NCBI GenBank assembly: GCA_043228905.1
Contig: JBHGNT010000016.1
Coordinates: 10,540,001-10,604,000, forward strand
Origin: Azolla caroliniana
Taxonomy: Eukaryota > Plantae > Polypodiophyta
Direction: 5' to 3'
Length of the DNA stretch: 64,000 nt
The position numbers were made by a program, and so were the translations under genes. Below are positions 1 through 12,039 of the stretch, in pieces. Position 1 is the first letter of the stretch. Each line of letters starts with the position of its first letter. Below the pieces are notes generated by a model. The model had not been told where the DNA came from. It saw only the letters and a list, made by a program, of their open reading frames with translations, and did not search any database.

Positions 1-3000
1 TCGCGACCGAAGACCTCCAGGTGGCTATCGGTGCTTGTGGTGTGACGCGGTCTGTCACGTCCGGAAGGACTGTGTGGACTTCGCGGAAGCAATAAGGGCT
101 AATGTGGTGTACCTATGGAATGGGAGGGTGCACGCTAGGGAGACCCGGAGAGCCCTAGACCTGAATATCGGACAGGGAGGAATGAGGAGATTGATGGAAA
201 AAGCGGCGGCGCGCCAGGCGAAGACAATCCACTACTCCGCGTTGGCAAGAATCCGGGTTCTGGCCGGTGGTGCTAGAAGGCGTCGCTGGCGTGCGGTTGA
301 GAAGGGAGGAAGCGGACCGTGCGGAAAGACGGGTCCGGGAGGTCACCAGGTGGAGCGATCCGGTCGAAGAAAAGACCGGCTTTGTGGAAGCCGTGTGCTA
401 GAACTACGAGGTTTTGGTAGAAGACAAGTGTGCGGGAAAGGCCGGAGGGGCCGGACCCTCGCAGGGGTATGAGACCTGGTTCAGGCCAAAGCAGAATGAC
501 GCCGGTGCTGTCGGCACACTGAATAAAGCAAAGAAAGCCGGTTACCAGTTGAGCACCGAGATAGAAAGAACAAGGGACCTGCGGAAGGTCCTTGAGGAAC
601 GAATCCTCGACAGCAAGGTGGAGTTGTTGCTGAGGGAAGTTCTTGGGATCCGGCCGACATAGGACACCGGTTCACCAACATAACGCTACGGGAGCTCAAG
701 GTTGGTGGGGGTGGCTTTCAACTACTGGCGGAGGAGGAACGATTTCTGAGAATGCTTGGGAGGCACGGGAAGGCCTTCGCATTCTCGCCAAAAGAGATCG
801 GATGCATGGACCCAACGGTCGTTGAGCCGATGATTATTTTTATGGTACCACATGTGTCATGGAATCTCAAACCGATTCCAGTACCCAGAGCTCACATCCC
901 GAAGCTGCTGAAGCACAAGGTGGAGATCGGCATCCTCAAACCATCGAGTGCCCCATACTCGAATCTGTGGTTTACTGTGCCTAAGAAGAACGGCATGTTG
1001 CGCTTCATTCAGAACCTGCAGCTGGTCAATAAAGTGACCATTCGAAACGCAAGAGTCGGACCAATGATCAACGAGGTTTTAGAGGCCTTCGCCGGGAGGT
1101 CGATCTATTCGGTCGGGGATCTATACTCAGGGCATGACCAGTTCCAACTAGCCGAGGAGAGTAGGGATGTCTCAACGATGCGGACGTCTCTCGGCTTAGT
1201 GCTGACAAACTCAGTGGCGCACATGGTGAATGCGATGAACAAGGTGTTGAGGGACTACATCCCGAACATCACCATGCCATTTCTGGATGATATACCGATA
1301 AAGGGGTGCCCGGTGGAGGATAAGGATGAAACGGTTGGGCTGGACGGATGCTGGAGATTCATGGCGTACCACATTGACGACTGCGCGAAGGTACTATAAA
1401 GACTAGAGGGTGCGCGGCTCACCCTCTCCGGAGAGAAGTCGGCTTTCGGGTAGTCAGAGATCCTTGTGGTCGGTCACCTATGCGGGCCTTACGGCCGGAA
1501 ACCGTCTCCAGCAAAGGTAGATGCCATCTCCGCGATGAAGGAAGAATGCAAGTCAGTTATGGAGGTGCAGAGGTTCCTGGGGGCCTGCGCGTTCTATCAC
1601 ATTTGGATCCCGCACTACGCACACGTCGCGGAATCGGTCTACGGGTTGCCAAAGAAAGGGCGAAAAATTGAATGGAGTAACGAACATACGGAATCAGTCC
1701 GGAGATTAAAAGAGACGCTTACCACGGCACCGGCTCTCCGAAAAGTTGTCTATGGCAAGGAGGTCCCCAGTGTCTACGTAACCGTAGACACAAGCCCGAC
1801 CAGGATCGGATGGGTGATTAGTCAGGAGGACGAGAGTGGCGCGCGGTTCCCGATTCGATTCAGAGCAAAGGTATTGAGCGAGCGACAACAAGAATACGCC
1901 CAAGTCAAGCGCGAACTGTGGGGTATCGTTTTGGTAGTCAAGGCCGACAAGGACTATCTAATCGGGATGGAAGTAATAATCGAGACGGACTGCCTACCAA
2001 TTCTCGGTATGGTTTCCGGGTGCGCGACTCCAGACCTGGCAATGCTCAGGTGGATCGCGTACATCAAGTCTCTAAATCCGGAGATACGACACATCTCCGG
2101 TAAGGACAACACCATGGCCGATATGCTTTCAAGAGCACGGTTCGACGACGAAGACAACATGGTTTCGGAGAATGAAAAAGTTGGTCAGGACTTCTTCGAG
2201 TCGGCTCACATAGCGGCGAGGGCTGGGAGCACTCTGGTGCTTAATGAGTTCGACGAGAGCAAGTATGACAGGGAGTGGCTCCAGATCGGTCGGTTCTTGA
2301 AGACGATGATGCCGGGAGTGGCATGGACAAGGGAAGAGGCTAATCGGATCCGGAAGAAAGCGTACCGATTCTTCCTACGGGACAAAAGCATATGGAAGCA
2401 CCTGAAGAAGCGAGACGGAGTCCCACTCCGGGTGGTGGCAAGGAAGGAGGAGCAGGAAGCATTGCTAATGGCGTACCACGAGAGTCTTTGGGCCGGACAC
2501 CGGGGGACATGGGCCAAGTTCGAGAAGCTGAAGGAGAAGTACTGGTGGCCAGGACTATACCGGGACGTGCATCGGTTCATAACGACTTGTGAAAGCTATC
2601 AGATGCATTCCATAGTCCGACAATGGGACGAGCTGCACCCAACTTACCCGCCGACAGTCCACTTCAAGTGGATGGTGGATCTGGTGATGATGCCGATGGA
2701 AGTAGGGTAGATGCGATACCTGGTGCTACCACGAGAGGATCTAACGAACCAGGTGGAGGGTCGAGCATTACCAAACAAGACGAGCGCGGTCGTGTGCCGG
2801 TTCCGAATCGAGGAAGTGGTATGTCAGTACGGGTGCGTAGGAAAGATCGTAGTAGACCATGGAGAACTGGATGCACAAGAGGCTGAAGAGCTGTTTGAAA
2901 GGTTAGGGGTTAAACTCTCGCTCACCATAGCATACAATCCAGAGGCAAATGGGAAGGTGGAATGCGGACACGGGCCAATCGTAAAAGCGTTGGTACGGGC

Positions 3001-4219
3001 CTGCGGAGGCCAAGTCGGGAATTGGCTGCGGCTCCTACCCTACGCAATGTGGGCAGACTTAACTACGCACAGTTCAGTAACCGGGTTCATGTCGGTAGAG
3101 CTGATTTACGGGCAGAAGCCGATCATGCCGATGGAGAGAACGATCTCCTCGTGGGCCGCGGTAGACTGGAGAGATGAGCTGAGCCGGGAGGAGGTGTTGG
3201 CGGTGCGGATCCAACAGCTCGAGTGAAGACCGGAGGACGTGGAATGAGCCACGGCGAAGCTGCGTGCAGCAAGGACAAAGAACAAGGGGCGATTCGACCA
3301 GACTCACCCAGTATGACCGAGGAAAATCAAGGAAGGCGACTGGGTTCTGGTCTACGACAGCAACCTCGACAACCAACACAAGGAAATTCAAAGGTTTACG
3401 AGGAGGTAGTTCGGGCCTTATGCGGTGACAAGCAGAAGCCGATCATGCCGATGGAGAGAACGATCTCCTCGTGGGCTGCGGTGGACTGGAGAGATGAGAT
3501 GAGCTGGGAGGAGCTGTTGGCAGTGCGGATCCAACAGCTCAAGCGAAGACCGGAGGACGTGGAACGAGCCACAACGAAGCTGCGTGCAGCAAGGACAAAG
3601 AACAAGGGGCGATTCGACCGGACTCACCCAGTATGACCGAGGAAAATCAAGGAAGGAGACTGGGTTCTCGTCTACGACAGCAATCTCAACAACCAACACA
3701 AGGAAATTCAAAGGTTTACGAGGAGGTAGTTCGGGCCTTATGCGGTGACAAGCAGAAGCCGATCATGCCGATGGAGAGAACGATCTCCTCGTGGGCCGCG
3801 GTGGACTAGAGAGATGAGATGAGCCGGGAGGAGTTGTTGGCGGTGCAGATCCAACAGCTCAATCGAAGACCGGAGGATGTGGAACGAGCCACGGAGAAGC
3901 TGCATGCAGCAAGGACAAAGAACAAGGGGCGATTCGACCGGACTCACCCACTATGACCGAGGAAAATCAAGGAAGGCAACTGGGTTCTGGTCTACGACAG
4001 CAACCTCGACAACCAACACAAGGAAATTCAAAGGTTTACGAGGAGGTAGTTCGGGCCTTATGCGGTGACAAGTGCCAACTACAATGGCACCTACCACCTC
4101 GCAGAACTCGACAGAACGAGAATAGTTGTACCGGTGGCTGGGAAGAGTATCGAGGCGTTCAAGAAACGGCACGAGCACAAACCGGACCTAGAGGGCATGG
4201 GTGGCGAACCAAAGAGTGA
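1..4219 (+). pseudogene. A1 gag-pol pseudogene (protease region deleted at ~648; stops and frameshifts)
   Basis: ORFs 35-472, 414-662, 752-1399, 1466-2710 and 2711-3226 match A3 domains. The junction at ~648 joins A3-equivalent positions ~48560 and ~47450. Confidence 0.9.
3112..4071 (+). repeat. Three tandem copies of a 320-bp integrase C-terminal segment
   Basis: GCAGAAGCCGATCATGCCG recurs at 3112, 3432 and 3752; A3 has a single copy. Confidence 0.95.
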
Positions 4220-4301
4220 AAGATAATCGCGAGCTGGTCTTCTCCGGTGGAAGGCTATATTATGGCACATACTAGAGGATGCACGGTTAGGTCGGGGCGG
4301 A

Positions 4302-4912
4302 TGTTGTGGAGAAAACCGTCCCTAGGAAGAATCGGCGGATAGTCTGCGTGAACCGGCCCTTACACATGGGCACGTATTTGATGTATCACATAGTACAGGT
4401 CGGCGATGTATTTATCCTAGGTAACACGAATTCTTTAAGTACGAGGATCTCTGTCCAAAAGGACAGGGAATAATAGTGATTTAACAGTCTGTAAACGGCT
4501 CTCTCTCCATGTGCTATAAAGGGAGGGGAAGAAGAGCTGAGTGGGGATCGCACATTTTGAGAGGACGAAGTGTTGTCGGACTGGGAACCGAGCTCTCTCC
4601 TCCACCATCGTTGTTGCTTCTGCAGGGATTTTGGGTTAAGTTGGTTGCCTCTGCTACGTGAAAGCCCGTGTGCTTCTGGTAGAGGCTCCACTGTGTATTT
4701 TAGTGTGTGTGTTCGTCTGTGTTGAGTTTGTTACCGGCTTGCCAGTTGTAACATTGCAAGCTCTGTAATCTATACTGATTTGGAATTGATTCTCTCGTTT
4801 CTGTCTCTCTGTGTTTTCTGTGAATCTCTCTCCCTCTCATGTCTCACGCTCCTCGGTTTAGGGCCCCCGCGGTCCCGCCTTATTTCATACACGAAAGCGG
4901 AACAACACGACA
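4302..4912 (+). repeat. A1 3' LTR
   Basis: TG...CA with terminal inverted repeat TGTTGTG/CACGACA, preceded by a G-rich PPT; TATA-like CTATAAA at ~4514. Confidence 0.85.
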
Positions 4913-6911
4913 ACGGGTAGTGACGCAGAAGTCTACCAAGGACACCCTAGTGAAGAGCGATGTGCTAAACTGAAAAGGGCACACCTAGAAGGGAAACAAA
5001 GGACGTGTGTGTGGCCATCGAAGGCCGAGGTAAGAGCACCAGGAAAGACCCAGAGTTCAGATCGGAGTGAGCTTCTCACAAGGTGAGGTCTAAGGCAGGA
5101 CGACACACGGAGGTGCTGGGATGGAATCACGGGTGCGGAACGGACTGCAAGAGTCGGTGTCCTTGAAGGACAATAGAGGCCAAGAGGGATCCTCCGCACC
5201 TATAGTAAAGGCCTAGGTGGCTCGGTTGGAGTGGTAATGACTTGTGTGGCAAGCATAAGCCCGAGTTGACAAGTAGGTGGGGTCAAGGGGACAATGGTAG
5301 ACAACGACACCGAACTGGTCGCAATGGCGCAGCAGCACAGGCGGTGCCAAGTGAAGGGGGTGATCAGATTGAGCCTCTCACAAGGCGAGGTCGAAGGCAA
5401 GATGGCACATTGAGGTGCTGGGACGAAACTACAGGCGCAAAACAACTTGCAAGGGTCGGTGTCCTTGAAGGACATCAGAGGCCAAGAGGGATCGTCCGCA
5501 CCTGTACTAAAGGCCTCAACAGCGCAGTCGAAGTGGTAACGGCTGACATGGCAAGCATAAGACCGAGGTGACAAGCAGGTGGGGGTGAGGGGACAACGAC
5601 GGATAACGGCACTGAACTAGTCGCAGCGGCGTAGAACGAAAGGGGCCGAGCGGGCCATTACAAAGTGTTCCTCGGGCATAGAGGACACCAGGTATACAGT
5701 TGAAGCGAAGATGCGTGATCTGGCCAGGCAATTTTCGAGTAGCGTGCAAGGGAGGTTTGGCGTGCGACAAGGCGGATCAAAACAGGCATGGGCAAGGTGC
5801 AATCTCCGACAATCGGTCGGGAGCAACGAAATCCGCGCCACATAGAACGAAGAATGGCTCATGACTGGCATCCGGGATGTCTACCTTGACCAAAGAAGGG
5901 GTGAATCCGGAAACTGGGACCGGCGAATAGGTGTACAGGCTGGATGAGCTCAGACCGTTGAATTGAGGCCAAGCAAGGGAACGAGCGCCCGGGAGAAGGA
6001 AAACGGTGAAACGAAGGGCGTGCATACGATCGATCGAAGGGACAAAGGTACAAGCACGCGTATGAAAGGGGTCGCGTCAAACGACCTAGGTAGGGTCGAA
6101 ACGAGCCTACGGAGAGGTAAGCGCCAGGAAGGAACCAAAGCAGACGGTTCCGGACTGGCGGAGGCCGACACGGCAGTCGGGGTGCGGATTACGGAAGACC
6201 GGTTGTTCACTGTGCCCGCAATCCCTCACACTTCACTTTTGTCGTGGCACATACTGGTGGATGTGCGGTTTGGTGGGGGTGGATGTCGTGAGGATTCACG
6301 TCCATAGTGTGAAAACCGGGGAAGATGGTCATATCGGCCGAGTGCACCACGTGCACTCCCTCTTGTAAAAATTATATAGAGATAGTGGGTTCCTTTAAGG
6401 CACTGAATAGGAATGATAGCTAGGACTAATATCCCTCGAAGTGGGGCACGTATGCTGTTAGGCTTACCGTTCGTAGCTCTGTCTCTCCTGTGCAAGACTC
6501 GACTCGCGAAGGCGAGCCCGAGTGCTCCCCGACTAGTGCTTGCCTGTGGACGGCTGTTGTATATGTTTGGTACTGGACTAGCTCGAAACTGGCATTGTAA
6601 TTTCGTGGTCTGGTATATACATTCATAAGAAATTGTGGATATTTGTGTCTCTGTTGGTGTCAGGTTTCTTTCTTTCCTTCCGTTTCTGTCCATAACTAGT
6701 GTGTGTTGAGTCGGTGTTGAGCGTATGCTCTCTCTCTCTCTCTGTCTCTCCCTAGTTCGGTAGCATCCGGTACGCGTTCGAAATCGCACCAGCTTGTACA
6801 GCCGGTGCAACTGATTTCGGACATAATCAGTGTCTCGACATCCATCTATGCCTCGTCTGTGACCCCGGTGGTCCCGCTCGATCCGACACGTGCACGTGGA
6901 ATACTGCGACA
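4913..6911 (+). mobile_element. Gypsy A2 remnant: long 3' internal region plus 3' LTR (6284-6911)
   Basis: The pre-LTR block GGCACATACTGGTGGATGTGCGGTTTGGTGGGGGTGGA matches the PPT regions of A1 and A3. LTR TGTCGTG...GCGACA. B-type RT sequence resumes at 6912. Confidence 0.8.
5058..5640. repeat. Diverged ~300-bp tandem duplication in the A2 3' region
   Basis: GTCGGTGTCCTTGAAGGAC and AGAGGCCAAGAGGGATC occur at ~5153 and ~5455; GGCAAGCATAAG at ~5248 and ~5550. Confidence 0.85.
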
Positions 6912-7870
6912 ACAGCTGACAAATAGAGCTTCTTGCTCAATTACACCTCTATCTCGAACATTATCGACAAGCTCGGCTCAATCTAAATGCTGCGAAATTT
7001 GCATTTTATGTCTTTAGCGGCGTTGTGCTAGGGCATGTTGTTAGTCGCGAAGGGATCACTATGGACCCCAATAAGGTGCAGACCATCTTGAGTGCTCTGA
7101 CCCCTACCACATCGAAGGACTTGAGTCGATTTTTGGGGAAAATTAGATGGCATAGTCAAATGTTACGATATCTAGCCGAGTTCGCAACACCACTGCACGT
7201 TGGGTACATTTTATGTGGTCGTACACAGGCGAAGCACCCCTTATTACCCGTAGGCCAATGGATTGGCCAAGTCCACCAATAAAACTCTGCAGGACATTCT
7301 CCGGAAGATTGTCAATGAGAACCAAACTGATTGGGATACAAAGCTGCACAGCACGTTATGGGCTTACCAGACGGCATACAAAACAAGTATCCGAACAACA
7401 CCATTCTGGTTACCATTTGGTCTCGAAGCGGTGATGCCAATTGATTCCAGATTTCAAGCTTACAGATACAGGTTTGGGAGCGGTTGAGCAAGAAGGAGTC
7501 GAAAAAAATCTAGTTAACAGCACTATGCGAGTTGGAGGAGCACCGAATAGCGAGCCTAATGCAGATGGAACTCGAGCAACAACGAAGGAAAGCATTCATC
7601 GACCGCCACCAAAAGGGTAACGAGAAGATGTTTGGCAGCGGCAAGCTAGTACTAGTGTTCTAGACCCAGATGGGCAAGATGTCGGGGAAGCTACGGTTTC
7701 GGTGGACCGAACAATATTGGATAACGCGAGATTTCAACGGCTCATATCAGCTGGGAACGCTAGCCGGCAAGGTGCTGGACAAGTGGGTAAATGGGTTCCG
7801 ATTTAAACCATATTACGGACCCATACCACGAAACCCATTTCATCAAACGAAGAACAATGAGGAAATAGGC
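6912..7870 (+). pseudogene. B pol fragment (RT C-terminus fused by deletion at ~7200 to integrase)
   Basis: ORFs 7025-7282, 7263-7487 and 7670-8032 align to E1/E3 pol. Confidence 0.85.
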
Positions 7871-8139
7871 AGCGATAAGCAGTTGGCCGGCAACCATGAA
7901 GAACAACAAACAAGGGAGTCGGGGTTATCGAGTAACCGGTGTTGCGAAAATACGATGAGGATATGTGAACTTGAGGCAGGACCCCAGGGCCTCTTACCAG
8001 AGGATATAACATTCGTGCATTTATATTTTTAACAATTAACGGAAATAAGAAATTTAATAATTTTCATTAAGAAAGGAAAAGAAATTACAATATGTCCCAA
8101 GATTGGGATTCAAAAGTTTTAGGTTTACTTAGATTAATA

Positions 8140-8420
8140 GAAAAGAAAAATTAGGGGTTTTGAGACATATGCCTTCCGTAGGGAAAATTAGGGTTTTTGA
8201 GTCTTATGGCTTCCGTAGGGAAAATTAGAATTAGGTTATACGAGAGATATCGTCCATAAGGAAATTAGGGTTTTAGGTTTCTGAGAGATATGGCTTCCGT
8301 AAGGAAAATTAGCATTTTTTTAGTGTTATGGCTTCCGTAGGGAAAATTAGGGTTTTTGAGTGTTATGGCGTTTGTAGGGAAATTAGGGTTTTTGAGTCTT
8401 ATGGCTTCGATAAGATAAGG
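8140..8420 (+). repeat. Degenerate tandem array, ~37-45 bp unit (TTCCGTAGGGAAAATTAGGGTTTTTGAG...ATGGC)
   Basis: About 6-7 recurrences of GAAAATTAG(GGTTTT) and ATGGCTTCCGTA. Confidence 0.85.
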
Positions 8421-8446
8421 GCCTTTGCATGCGTCCCCTATTAGTT

Positions 8447-8830
8447 GCATGGCCTCCATTTCTAGTTGCATGCTTTCCACATGACCTTTACTTTATGCAT
8501 GGCCTCCACCTTTAGTTGTATTCCTTCCACATGACCTTTACTTTATTTTACTTTACTTTAGTTCAATCGCATGATCCTATAATCCGTAAAGTTTGGCCCA
8601 TGCTTTGATCCATCCGATCTGCGTTCGGCCTCATCCATCCAGTTTGGTTCCGGTTCTGTCGCCGTCTGGTTCCGGTTCGATCGCTCGTTGCATCCAGTTG
8701 CCAGCTTCGTCCAGTCGCCGGTTGCCAAATCCGTCCAGTCGTCGGTCACCAAATCCGTCCGGTTTTTGGATCCATCCGGTCGCCGGTTGCCGGCTCTGCG
8801 CGGTCGCCGACTCCGTCCAGTTTCCGATTG
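8447..8830 (+). repeat. Short tandem repeats: ~50-bp duplication (8447-8546) and 24-bp CCGTCCAGTCGCCGGTTGCCAAAT-type units (~8690-8765)
   Basis: Direct inspection. Confidence 0.7.
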
Positions 8831-9637
8831 CCGGCTCTGCCCGGTCATTGGTTGTTGGATCCCTCCATACACTAGTTCCATCTAGTTGTTGTCTCCATCC
8901 GGTTTTCAGTACTATCATTGACCGGTTTGAGTTCCTTCACCGGCCAGTTTGAGCAACTTAGCCACATCTGTCCTTCTAGACAAAAGTGGCCTAAGCCCAA
9001 CTATTTCTTTTGTGCTCTTAACACATAGATGAAAAATGATGGTTCTCAATCTGCTTATATAGCTGGCTCCTAAAGTTTCTTATCTATGTGGGATACTTCA
9101 AAATTCTATTTTCCTTATCTTCTCAAACTTCATGTCCACCTAACTTGATATGTAGTTGTCCATTTTATATGTAGTAAAATGCGTTTTGAAGCTCTTGAGT
9201 ACATCCATATTTCTATAACAAGCCACTAATCTAATCTAAAATAATTATTTCATTATTATTTTTTTAAATAGTGTGTGAAGATTCACACGACACCGGACTA
9301 AAATAAAATAAATAAATAAAAATAAAAAATAAAAAGAAAGATCATCATGCAGAGGCGAGGAACGAACGAACACCTCGAAAAGGTGTAGTGGCTATTTAAA
9401 GCCTAGTTAAAGTGCACCACGTGTCACATAGTTGCTATTATAGTACACGACGTGCATGCGCGGGAATCGAGAACGACGTCAAGCATGGAAACAAGAAACC
9501 TCTTCCTCGCATAGTCTCTTTCATTTCGTGAACACAAAGCACTGAGCACACAAAGGACAATACAAGTAAACAAACGGACGTAGGAAGCACAGACAAGCAC
9601 ATCGGCCCTACCTAACCCCGCAAAACTAGAAGACGAC

Positions 9638-10358
9638 ATGGAACCTATGGCACCTTCCGAAACAGCCAAGAAGTGGTTCAACCAACATGGGTTGGCAGGC
9701 TTCCTGAAGATAATAGAGGCATCGTCGCACGACGAAGCAAAAGAAGTTCTGCAAAAAATTGACACGGAAATCATAATGGAGGAAGCCATCCGCATGCTAA
9801 TCGAACTACCGGAAGGGGGTATCTATTCGATCGAGAAACCTTATCCTGAAACACACACCAAGTTTTTTGGCGAGTATTCCCTCGATAGTAAGGCTCACCG
9901 GACACAGGGCAGCGAGGACCGCCTAATCAGAGAAGTGGGTCGTGTCCTCCACGAGTATGGGTTCGTGTACCCCCGACCGCCGACAATGCCAAAGAACAAA
10001 GTTGGTTTCATCATTGCTACGTACACAGGGGGGCAAGTGGATTGGTTGGTAATCATCGCCGATCGCTTGCCAACAACGATGGAATCAGTGCAGAACGGTA
10101 AGAAATTATGGACGGTCATGGCTCAGTGGCTGACTCTTTTGGCACCACCGGTGGAGCCAGTAAGGACGAAGAAGTGGTTTCGCGTAACAGAGACCACGCC
10201 CAACAAACCTTCAAAACGGGAGCAACTCCTAGCCAAGCACACGCCCGGATGGAAAGAGGGCAGTAGCTCGCAACAAGGGAAAGAACCGCCTAGCCAGAAG
10301 AGGCAAGCAGAGACAGAAACATTGGTGGAGATACTAGTAAGGCCTCTAAAAATCAAGC
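9638..10358 (+). pseudogene. B accessory ORF (truncated), homologous to the E accessory ORF
   Basis: KWF..HGLAGFLKI / FFGEYSLDSKAHRT / GFIIATYTGGQVDW / GKKL..QWLTLLAPP align with E: WLVEKRLDGYIRV / YFGPYSSSAKAYRT / IIIDTFEGRAVDW / GKKL..QYLTVLFPP. Confidence 0.8.
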
Positions 10359-10416
10359 TGTGCCGATAGGAACAAGAGCCGAACCCCTTGATGTCACGAT
10401 CACTTCCGCTCATTTC

Positions 10417-11061
10417 CTACTCCTTTCCGTGTTCTTGTGGGACTTTTCTCCCCCTCAAGTTTGGCACGTCAAGGTGCCGCAACCCAAGCGCACCCGAGAA
10501 TTGCCGCAACTTCTGCAGACCAAGGGGCTTAGTGAAAATGTTGGCGGTTTGCCGATCAGTCGACACAAACTGAAGTTCAACTTCACCAGAGATGACATGC
10601 TCACGGACAAAGTGGTAGTGCACTTCAATGTGCTTAGTCCGGGCATGGAAGACGGGGTTCTTCGCAAGTTGGATGTTGTCGCAATAGATCGTCGTCAGAT
10701 CGGACACCACCTATAGATCCTTAAGTAGTCACTTCAGCCATATGGCTTCGCATGTTGCGACAACCACTCCCCGATACTCAGCCTCTGTGCTCAATAGTGC
10801 AACGGTCGACTGCTTCTTGCTACTCCATGCAATCGCGGCACTCCCAACGGAGAACACGAATCCGGATGTGGATCGGTGATCGTCGGCATTTCCGGCCCAG
10901 TCGGCGTCTATATAGCCGACTAGTTGCGCAGCAGTACCGGTCCGATATAGTAGCCCCCGGTCCTTAGTGCCACTGATGTACCTGAGTACGTGTTGCACGC
11001 ACTGACGGTGCTCCTCGGTTGGCCACGCCACAAACTGACTAATCGGGGGGAAGCTTCACGT
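10417..11061 (-). pseudogene. C RT end and RNase H fragment
   Basis: GYIDADWAG, WSSKKQ, STEAEY, IYCDN, FHARTKHIEVHYHFVRE. Confidence 0.92.
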
Positions 11062-11364
11062 TGTCGAATACGAGTGTATAATGGCCGTATTCACATTGTC
11101 CCTTTGGACAACCCAAGTTCGGGCTATTTCTGTAAATAGCATAAAGGGCAGTTGCCCTAGGACAGTCACTATATAAAGTGACTTTGTAACCTTTTGTGAA
11201 GGTTGGTTGTCATTTGTAACTGTTGCTATTGGAATATAACGTTTCCGTTCTGCCTCCCTCTCTCTCTCTCTCTCCCTCTGTGTCTATCTTGCTCATGCAT
11301 ACACAGGTTCTTCCTCATCATGAATGTTGCTTGCACTTCCGCATTGACGGCCTTGTCCCCAACA
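11062..11364 (+). repeat. D1 5' LTR
   Basis: Direct repeat of 25728-26020; followed by an iMet PBS. Confidence 0.95.
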
Positions 11365-12039
11365 TTTGGTATCAGAGCATTGGAGGTTCTTCAACCCGCT
11401 GCCGGACGTCATAATACAACATTCTGTTTTCGTTTTCTTTGAAGAACAGAGAAGAGAAAAGACAAACAAAAAGCTCGCATCTCACTCTGTTAAATTACAA
11501 ACTGGAATAAGCCAGCAGGTTGTACTCTGTTCCTATGATTGTAACCGCTTGAGGGGAGCTCCCTGTGCAACACCCGACCCAATCGTGCTTCATTCGGTTA
11601 AACGGCATTCGAATAGGTCACCGGACGCTATTCACACGCTTGTTGTAACCACATGCTGCAAATTGGTCTCCTAGAAACAACCACTTCGTGCTTCACTCGA
11701 CTGATCGACATTCGGGAGGATCAGTTGGATCCGTCCCTCTCATCGCTGCAGTCATCCGAAGCAGAATCGGCCCAAACAATCGATTTCGTGTAATCGGTAT
11801 TCGGCATACAATTGGAAGCTAACTGGGCTCACTCCGACTCGGCAACATTCGGGAAGATCAGACGGTTCTGTCCCTCAAGTTACCGGAGTCAGTCCGAGCA
11901 AGTTCAGCAACAAGCATCTGAAACCAAACCGGCTCGGGTTCAAAACCGACTAGAACGATATTGGTGAGCCGACCGCCTGCACCCCACTAAGGTTTGTAGT
12001 CAACTCCGAACCGAGTCTTCCCAACCGAAACCAAATCAG

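Larger units (their letters stand above)
1..4912 (+). mobile_element. Ty3/Gypsy LTR retrotransposon A1 (5' part outside the window), inserted in A2
   Basis: Gag CCHC remnant (WCDAVCHVRKDC), RT (PFLDDIPIKG), RNase H (VTVDTSP, IIETDCLP) and integrase (YHESLWAGHRG, WMVDL) in Gypsy order. PPT-like GTCGGGGCGGA, then LTR TGTTGTG..CACGACA. Collinear with A3. Confidence 0.93.
6912..10358 (+). mobile_element. Gypsy B remnant (divergent relative of family E): RT end, integrase, repeat-rich spacer, accessory ORF
   Basis: LGHVVSREGI, RFLGKIRWHS, STNKTLQDILRKIVNENQTDWDTKL and GKLRFRWT are homologous to E pol. No LTR in view. Confidence 0.85.

Noticed and set aside
8140-8420. CRISPR array or interstitial telomere
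   Set aside because: Degenerate units without unique spacers, no cas genes, eukaryotic context, and no contiguous (TTTAGGG)n run.
8950-9630. Host gene or intron in the AT-rich stretch
   Set aside because: No ORF or homology cues; it lies between B pol and the B accessory ORF, so it is treated as element spacer.
10359-10385. Remnant of the C 3' LTR (TGTG CCGATAG)
   Set aside because: Only a few bases resemble 61621 onward; too short to support, so the B/C junction is left as an unresolved deletion.
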